A stretch of 64,000 nt of DNA from Lachnospiraceae bacterium (GTDB taxonomy: Bacteria; Bacillota; Clostridia; Lachnospirales; Lachnospiraceae): positions 16,797 to 80,796 of the forward strand of contig JAKSRW010000012.1 in assembly GCA_024403355.1 (NCBI GenBank), read 5' to 3'. The notes beneath the pieces are model-generated. The model did not search any database, was not told where the DNA came from, and worked only from the letters and a program-made list of their open reading frames with translations. Numbering within the stretch: the stretch's first letter is position 1; each line of letters begins with the position of its first letter. The position numbers and the translations under genes were made by a program. This document shows, piece after piece, positions 57,956-64,000 of this stretch.

Positions 57956-58891
57956 CTACTGACCCCGTCCCCAAGAGTCCAAAAGGTAGTCGGCGAGCTT
58001 CGCGAATTCCTCGAGTCCGAGGGCCTCGCCGCGCACGGTTGCGCTGAGTCCAACATCTACGATGGCCTGCCCCACCAGCTCCTTAGGAAAGCTCAGCTCA
58101 GCTGAGTTCGAAATGCCGTTCTGAAGCGTTTTTCTGCGCTGGTTAAAGGCGGCACGGATAAGCTTAAACATCAGCTCCGGTGACTTGACCTGCACAGGCG
58201 GCTCAGGGCGCCTTGTAAGGCGGATAACGCATGAACCCACATTAGGACGCGGCATAAAGCAGTTAGGGGGCACATTGGCCGCAATATAGGCCTCAGAGTA
58301 GTACTGCACCGCCATAGACAGGGCACCGTAATCCTTCGTGCCGGGGCCCGCCTGCATACGCTCGGCCACCTCCTTCTGCACCATCACCGTGATACTGTCC
58401 ACCGGCAGCTGCTTCTCCAACAGTGCCATAACAATCGGAGTAGTTATATAGTAAGGCAGATTCGCCACGACCTTTATGGGCCGGCCGCCGTTCTTCTCCT
58501 CCACAATTTTTTTAATATCAACCTTCAGAATGTCCTCATTGATAATCTCGACATTATCGTAATCCTTCAGCGTGTCCTCGCGAAGAATCGGGATAAGTGC
58601 CTTGTCGATTTCCACCGCCACAACCTGACGTGCGTTTTCGCAAAGATACTGGGTAAGCGTACCTATTCCGGGGCCTATTTCCAGTACTAAATCATCCTTC
58701 GTAATACCCGCAGAATGAATTATTTTCTCCAGAACGTGCGTATCAATCAGGAAATTCTGGCCGAACTTCTTCTGAAATGTAAAATCATATTTATTTAAAA
58801 TTGCAATCGTATTTTTAGGATCTCCAAGTGTCGCCATTCGTATTTCCTTATCTTCTGTATAAATCTTTTTTTGCCGCTTCCAAGTCTTCAT
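57956..58891 (-). CDS. rsmA: 16S rRNA (adenine1518/1519-N6)-dimethyltransferase
   Basis: KsgA motifs QNFLID…EIGPGIGTLT. The start may be the internal Met 17 codons in (MATLGD…). Confidence 0.85.
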   Translation of the reverse strand: MKTWKRQKKIYTEDKEIRMATLGDPKNTIAILNKYDFTFQKKFGQNFLIDTHVLEKIIHSAGITKDDLVLEIGPGIGTLTQYLCENARQVVAVEIDKALIPILREDTLKDYDNVEIINEDILKVDIKKIVEEKNGGRPIKVVANLPYYITTPIVMALLEKQLPVDSITVMVQKEVAERMQAGPGTKDYGALSMAVQYYSEAYIAANVPPNCFMPRPNVGSCVIRLTRRPEPPVQVKSPELMFKLIRAAFNQRRKTLQNGISNSAELSFPKELVGQAIVDVGLSATVRGEALGLEEFAKLADYLLDSWGRGQ

Positions 58892-58999
58892 GCGGGCTTA
58901 TCTGTCTTCAAAAAGCCCAGCATAATTCCCCGCATCTGCCATCACTCTGCGAAGGCTTGTCTGCCTTCTAAGCCCATCATAACTCCCCCGCATCTGCCA

Positions 59000-60031
59000 T
59001 CACTCTGCAAGCCCGAAAAATCTGCAGGCATTCGCATAGCTTGCCTCGTAGACCTCAGCCACGGAAATGCCCTTTATTTCGGCTATCTTCTCTGCCACAT
59101 ATGTCAGATAACCCGAATTGTTTCTTGAACCCCTGAAGGGCTCAGGTGCGAGATAAGGACAGTCTGTCTCGAGTAAAATCTTATCGAGAGGCAGCTCAGC
59201 CACAGTCTCCTTAAGCTTCTTCGAATTCTTAAAAGTAATCACGCCCCCTATGCCGAAATACATACCCATTTTCAGGTACTCCCTCGCCTGCTCGGGGCTG
59301 TAGGAATAGCAGTGCATAACCGCACGGAATTCCCTATTCTCACGCTGCGCCTGCTGATATATTTCACGAACCATTTCCAGCGTATCCTCAGCCGCATCAC
59401 GACTGTGGATAATAACAGGCTTATTCAGCTCAAAAGCCAGCTCCCACTGCTTTTTGAAGGCCTCCTGCTGGACCTCCTTCGGCCAGACATTCCAGTGATA
59501 ATCAAGTCCGATTTCACCTATCGCCAGGCATTTATCATCCTGTGCGAGAGCAGCCAAAAGACTGAAATTATTAGCACAGACCGCAGGAGTCAGACGCGCA
59601 AATTTGGGATTTACGGCAGAATCCTCAGGCCGGCCTGCATCGGACCCTGCGTTTTGCTCACAGTAGCAGACCTCTCCCGCCTCATCGGGATGCACGCCTA
59701 CTGCCGCATATACAAAATCATAACGATGCGCCAATGCCACGCTCTCAAGCGAGCCATGCACGCTTGCACCGACATTGACTATGCGGGCCACCCTCGCCTT
59801 AGGACTGCTTTCGGGCATAATTCCATCGCTGTCCTCTGCGTCTGCTGCCGCTTTGGGCCGTCCTTCAGCCGCTGCCTGACAGTCAGCCGGTGTAACAAAA
59901 TTCTTCGTGCCGACCGAAGCAAATCCCGCAAACAGCTCATCCCTGTCCGCATCAAACTGCTCATCATCATAATGAGCATGTGAATCAAATATTTTAAAAT
60001 CTTCCATGTCTGCGACGCCTTCCCCTGACAA
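59000..60031 (-). CDS. tatD: TatD-family metal-dependent hydrolase
   Basis: N-terminal FDSHAHYD metal-binding motif. The start is probably MEDFKIFDSHAH. Confidence 0.78.
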   Translation of the reverse strand: MSGEGVADMEDFKIFDSHAHYDDEQFDADRDELFAGFASVGTKNFVTPADCQAAAEGRPKAAADAEDSDGIMPESSPKARVARIVNVGASVHGSLESVALAHRYDFVYAAVGVHPDEAGEVCYCEQNAGSDAGRPEDSAVNPKFARLTPAVCANNFSLLAALAQDDKCLAIGEIGLDYHWNVWPKEVQQEAFKKQWELAFELNKPVIIHSRDAAEDTLEMVREIYQQAQRENREFRAVMHCYSYSPEQAREYLKMGMYFGIGGVITFKNSKKLKETVAELPLDKILLETDCPYLAPEPFRGSRNNSGYLTYVAEKIAEIKGISVAEVYEASYANACRFFGLAE

Positions 60032-61517
60032 TTAACAAACCGCCGATTACAAAAATCAGCACACCGATTCCTATACCTATGGCGATGGCATTACGCTCCT
60101 CCGCCTCACTCTTTTCCTTCGCAAGCTCCTTATTTCCGGGCTTGCCGAGCATATCCGGGGTCACATCCTTAAATGCCACCTCGACCGGAATCATATAGCC
60201 GGGCCACTCCTTCTTAAAGACCTTCTCCGTAATCGGATAATCATTATTATAATAAATAATATCCGTCGAGCCTATCACGCGGTCACCGTAGGTATAAGCC
60301 ACATTTCCGATGATATTCTCGCCGTGCTCAATCTCCCTGCTCTGGATATTAACCTCGCGCTTTGCATTGCTTACATCAAAGCCCTCGGGAATCATCAGCG
60401 TCCCCGCACCCGAAATCTCCAGAATCTGCGGCGTCTGACGCTCAAACTTTTCGATATCTCCAAACGGGGACTGGAATTCAAAATGCACGTCCTTTTTGCC
60501 CAAATCAGACATCTTATAGACCTGATAATTATTAAAGCAGTACTCAAGGAGCTTACGCGAATCAGAATAAACCGCCTCCCAGGTAGGCGCATGCATAACA
60601 ACGCTTATCAAAGTCTTGCCATCCTTACGCGCATAAGTCACCAGCGCATAGCCTGCCTGCGTGGTCGCACCGGTCTTGCCGCCGATACAGTAATCATAAG
60701 GCTGCGTACCGTTCAAAAACCAGTGGTGATTCGTCAGAATCTTCTCCGGATTCTTATTCGTGGCAGGCATATCAAAGAATGCCGTGCCTGTAATTTTCAT
60801 AAAATAATCGTTTTTATAGGCCGCCCTCGCAATCAGCGAAAGGTCATAAGGACAGGTATAATGGTCATCATCATGAAGACCGTGCGAATTCGCAAAATGT
60901 GAACGCTCGCAGCCTAACTGCTGGGCCTTCCTGTTCATCAGCTTAATAAAGCCCGCAATAGAGCCGCCCGCATGCTCACCTACCGCATAGGTCGCCTCAT
61001 TTGCCGACTCCAGCATAATTCCGTAGAGAGCCTGCTCCATGGTCAGCTGCTCACCCTCCACCAGACCCATTCGGCTACTGGTCTTCGAAACATAATTATC
61101 AGCCGCATAGGACACGGTCACTATCTCGTCCGGTGTACTGTTCTCGATTGCCACCAGAGTGGTCAGAACCTTAGTCGTGCTCGCCGGATAAAACTGCTGA
61201 TAAATATTCTTCTCATAGAGAATATTGCCGGTCTCTGCATCCACCACTATCGCGCCATCGCCCTCTATCGCCGGCCCCGCAGGCCAGCCGTCGTCCGTAG
61301 CTGCAGAATTCCCCGCATTCTCTGCGGCCAAAGCCTGAACAGTGTTCGAAAAAAACTTATTTACAGAATCCGCATTTCGGACATTTTGCGAAATATCAGT
61401 AGGAATCAGCACAAAAATCATAGCAAAAAGAACTACAAAAACAAGAGGCACACGGAAGCTCTTCCTTCCACGTCCCATTATCCTGCCCTCTGTATTTTTA
61501 AAGCTTCGTTTCTGCAT
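59994..61517 (-). CDS. D-alanyl-D-alanine carboxypeptidase (peptidase S11, PBP5-like) with a C-terminal membrane anchor
   Basis: Active-site SxxK (ASTTK), SxN and KTG motifs. C-terminal TM helix. Confidence 0.78.
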   Translation of the reverse strand: MQKRSFKNTEGRIMGRGRKSFRVPLVFVVLFAMIFVLIPTDISQNVRNADSVNKFFSNTVQALAAENAGNSAATDDGWPAGPAIEGDGAIVVDAETGNILYEKNIYQQFYPASTTKVLTTLVAIENSTPDEIVTVSYAADNYVSKTSSRMGLVEGEQLTMEQALYGIMLESANEATYAVGEHAGGSIAGFIKLMNRKAQQLGCERSHFANSHGLHDDDHYTCPYDLSLIARAAYKNDYFMKITGTAFFDMPATNKNPEKILTNHHWFLNGTQPYDYCIGGKTGATTQAGYALVTYARKDGKTLISVVMHAPTWEAVYSDSRKLLEYCFNNYQVYKMSDLGKKDVHFEFQSPFGDIEKFERQTPQILEISGAGTLMIPEGFDVSNAKREVNIQSREIEHGENIIGNVAYTYGDRVIGSTDIIYYNNDYPITEKVFKKEWPGYMIPVEVAFKDVTPDMLGKPGNKELAKEKSEAEERNAIAIGIGIGVLIFVIGGLLIVRGRRRRHGRF

Positions 61518-61596
61518 CTGATTTCACCACCCGTAACCGCTAATCCGGTCAAACTCATTTCTATCATATTATCACAAAAATATGAAAAAAGCGAGA

Positions 61597-61700
61597 AAAT
61601 TCAAAATTTATCCTATTGCATTTTGAATATTTTAATGTATAATAACTATCAACAGGAGCCCCCACACCTCTCACTGAAGTGTCAAATGGGGGCACATTTT
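61597..61700 (+). promoter_or_regulatory. consensus promoter followed immediately by a GC hairpin and a U-tract (a ~50-nt transcript or attenuator?)
   Basis: TTGCAT-16-TATAAT, then GGAGCCCCCAC…GTGGGGGC, then ACATTTTTT. Confidence 0.35.
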
Positions 61701-61757
61701 TTACAGAAAGGAGCAATATAATTATCAAGAAACCCCAAACATTTGACCAGTTAGTCA

Positions 61758-61884
61758 GTCAAACTCGTGACCGCTTCGCTTGTCACTCGTTATAAAATCG
61801 CTGCTACCGCAGCTTACGAGGTACGGGGCTTGAACCCCGCACCTCGCGAAAGCTTCACCCACCGCCTAAAGGCAGTGGGTTATC
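61758..61884 (-). ncRNA. structured RNA-like repeat element, copy 1 (T-loop-capped 12-bp helix plus two further hairpins)
   Basis: On the minus strand: CCCACUGCC-UUUA-GGCGGUGGG, then CGAGGUGCGGGG-UUCAAGC-CCCGUACCUCG, then CGUGAC/GUCACG. Near-identical to 63919-64000. Confidence 0.4.
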
Positions 61885-62098
61885 TTTCTATTTTATATAC
61901 TAAAAGAAAAAAATATACTCATTCCCAACGAAACCACTAATTAATCTTGTAAATACTTATAAGCCCTATATTTCTATGAATCATCTTGATTTTCCGTATC
62001 GTTGGAAATCGATGATAAAACAATAGTTAAAAAAACAGCATAGTCAACAATGACTATGCCGTTTTGCTTTTAATCAATAATTCACAGCAATTATTCAA

Positions 62099-62476
62099 TT
62101 AAGAATTAAGCTTGATAAGTCTGAGCTGACCAACGATAGGAAGGTCCTTAACTCTGCCCTGTGCACTGAATACAATACCCATAATAGCGATTGCTAAAAG
62201 GCCTAAATCCAGAAGATAGAAAATGATACCGAATACTAAACCTACTACAGGGATGAAGCCAAAGATTACTGAAAGAACTGAAATGATAGCCTCAAAGATA
62301 AAAAGCATAATACCCTGCTCAGCGTTTGACTGTGCAAATTTTGACTGCTTGCATGCAAACATGGGAATGAACACAAGGGGTCCGATGTATGCGAGAATAC
62401 CCATAGCCTTGTTAGCCTGAATATCAGCAGGATCAAACTCGTTTGTGCGATCTACGATTGAAAATAAATTGCCCAT
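62099..62476 (-). CDS. small polytopic membrane protein
   Basis: 125 aa, three to four TM helices. Confidence 0.55.
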   Translation of the reverse strand: MGNLFSIVDRTNEFDPADIQANKAMGILAYIGPLVFIPMFACKQSKFAQSNAEQGIMLFIFEAIISVLSVIFGFIPVVGLVFGIIFYLLDLGLLAIAIMGIVFSAQGRVKDLPIVGQLRLIKLNS

Positions 62477-62599
62477 AATGTCCTCCTATAATAAAATTTA
62501 TGAATGCGGTTCCCTGGCAGGTCCGCTCATTTGACTAAATTATATCGCAAAATAAACCTAATGTAAAGTGCAGAAATAGGGAAATAAACCGTGTTTTTC

Positions 62600-63259
62600 T
62601 CAAAACTCCTCCAAAAGCATTTCAACTTCACAATTTAAGACCTTCGCCATTCTGACCAGATAATCCACATTGGCCTTATTAATATCCTTCGCTCTCTGCT
62701 CGTACTGCTGGATGGTTCTCAGAGGAACCCCGCTCCTTTCCGCCAGCTGACGCTGAGAAATCCCTGCGTAGCAGCGAAAGCGCTTCAGTCTGCTCTCAGT
62801 CTGTGCCCGCCTGCGGATTTCATCGACACCGTCAACAAACTGCGTAATATCCATCTCATGATACTTATCATACATATTCCAGTAAGTATTGATATCCACC
62901 CCATCAGTAATCTTAGAAAAAGGAATTCCCTTAACCCACTGATAATATGCCAGCACCCATCCCAGCCAATAGGATTGGCTTCTGTCAAGCGTGTAATACT
63001 CCGGCTTACACAGGTCCTGATAGCCATTCGCTTCCAATATATCAAAAGCCAGTTCACGTCCCGAGCGTCCCTCAATTACAGAAGAGCTTCCCACCTCAAT
63101 TTTTTTTGAAACTGACGAATTTAAAAACATATGATAAAAATGCTTGAGCTCAACACCGTAAAAATTCATGCCGGTATCAAACATCCAGCCCATCACTCTT
63201 TGTGCACGCGGCAGCAAATCATAATCGTAAGCGTTCATCCTCCGGTCCGACCTCCTCAT
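62600..63259 (-). CDS. protein with an N-terminal uncharacterised domain and a C-terminal XRE-type HTH
   Basis: …YAGISQRQLAERSGVPLRTIQQYEQRAKDI… HTH. Overlaps the upstream gene. Confidence 0.55.
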   Translation of the reverse strand: MRRSDRRMNAYDYDLLPRAQRVMGWMFDTGMNFYGVELKHFYHMFLNSSVSKKIEVGSSSVIEGRSGRELAFDILEANGYQDLCKPEYYTLDRSQSYWLGWVLAYYQWVKGIPFSKITDGVDINTYWNMYDKYHEMDITQFVDGVDEIRRRAQTESRLKRFRCYAGISQRQLAERSGVPLRTIQQYEQRAKDINKANVDYLVRMAKVLNCEVEMLLEEF

Positions 63260-63893
63260 TCATTAAAGACATCATGTACAGATTTCCTTTTGTCCATGAT
63301 TCTTTTCTCATTTCTCTATAGCGGCTTCTCGCTGATGTATCCCGCTCCTTCTTTGCATTGTACCAGACAGCCGACTCTGCTTCCTCTGCTCCGATAAACT
63401 CGATTTTTGAAAAAGCTCGTTCGCTCTTCAGCACAACCTGTTCACCCAGACATCCCAATTTCATTGCCTTTGATAACGTCTGCAACGAAATACTATTATT
63501 GATAAAATCCGAAGCATATGAAAAGTAACTGTCATCCGCTCTGTATCCTATTATAATATCAGCCTCCATATAAGGCAGTTGAAAATTAGTTTTCAGATAT
63601 TCAACCGCTTCCCGCGCGAAATCGCTTTGGACATCAAAAGTCCGATTTTCCAGCAATACCGTAATCCAATGAAGAATCGAATACCTTGAATCATTTAGCC
63701 GAAGTATGTTCATATTATCTAAATCAATGCTATATTCGTTACAATAACCATTCCTGTTTTGATCGACGGCCCATTCAAAGGCAAGCGGCTTATGTTCAGT
63801 ACAATAGAATCCTCTTCCATAATCATTATGCAATTTGCCTTTGCCCAAAATCGGCCTCTCAATAATAAATTCCGAGCCATGATATAAAGTCAT
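63219..63893 (-). CDS. hypothetical protein (DUF3990-like, N-terminal LYHGS motif)
   Basis: Sequence MTLYHGSEF…GFYCT… The family assignment is from memory only. Confidence 0.45.
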   Translation of the reverse strand: MTLYHGSEFIIERPILGKGKLHNDYGRGFYCTEHKPLAFEWAVDQNRNGYCNEYSIDLDNMNILRLNDSRYSILHWITVLLENRTFDVQSDFAREAVEYLKTNFQLPYMEADIIIGYRADDSYFSYASDFINNSISLQTLSKAMKLGCLGEQVVLKSERAFSKIEFIGAEEAESAVWYNAKKERDTSARSRYREMRKESWTKGNLYMMSLMNEEVGPEDERLRL

Positions 63894-63918
63894 AGAAATT
63901 CCTCATAATAGTTTTGTT

Positions 63919-64000
63919 GTCAAACTCGCAAACGCTTCGCTTTTTGCTCGTTATAAAATCGCTGCTACCGCAGCTTACGAGGTACGGGGCTTGAACCCCG
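63919..64000 (-). ncRNA. structured RNA-like repeat element, copy 2; truncated by the window end, directly 5' of the 63219-63893 gene
   Basis: Identical T-loop helix and 3' segment. The distal hairpin carries compensatory changes (GCAAA/UUUGC instead of GUGAC/GUCAC). Confidence 0.4.

Noticed and set aside
61758-61884. Possible tRNA gene, suggested by the GGGGUUCAAGCCCC T-arm-like hairpin
   Set aside because: The acceptor-like strand is directly contiguous with the T-arm-like stem. There is no D-arm or anticodon arm and no CCA or matching 5' acceptor strand upstream. It was therefore treated as a tRNA-like or structured element, not a tRNA.

Overview
This 64-kb window looks like a Firmicutes (Clostridia-like) chromosome. 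Conserved housekeeping genes (serA-serC behind a T-box leader, Lrp/AsnC regulator, MtaD-like amidohydrolase, murA, ABC ATPase, veg, tadA, flotillin, rsmA, tatD, PBP5-like carboxypeptidase) are interspersed with at least four accessory islands. The non-housekeeping content is: (1) a duplicated type I toxin-antitoxin-like module in which a 54-aa membrane peptide is convergent with an antisense sRNA. Its two ~435-bp copies bracket a 3.3-kb cassette holding a DUF4143-type AAA ATPase and a lipoprotein. (2) A translationally coupled three-gene operon: a coiled-coil protein, a truncated Hsp70-like ATPase and a Cys-rich 485-aa protein. (3) A cluster of small membrane-anchored paralogs that share a conserved ~35-aa aromatic-acidic C-terminal tail and repeated C-x2-H-x-C motifs, next to a standalone RNA polymerase alpha-CTD-like protein. 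(4) A TIR-TM-coiled-coil-beta-propeller protein (1034 aa) flanked by an atypical DHH/DHHA1 phosphoesterase and a GNAT acetyltransferase. (5) A putative defence island (49.3-57.3 kb) with a HEPN-like protein, a DUF2971-like protein, a multi-zinc-ribbon SPFH protein plus its membrane partner, a Zn-ribbon-TPR-TIR-LRR protein (807 aa) and three decayed fragments of paralogs of that gene. (6) A SpoVK/CbbX-type AAA+ ATPase paired with a YbjN-like protein. (7) A repeated structured RNA-like element carrying a T-loop-capped helix with covariation, which flanks a ~2-kb mini-island. No CRISPR array, rRNA or complete tRNA was found. All calls come from reading the ORF translations and the DNA by eye; no database search was possible.
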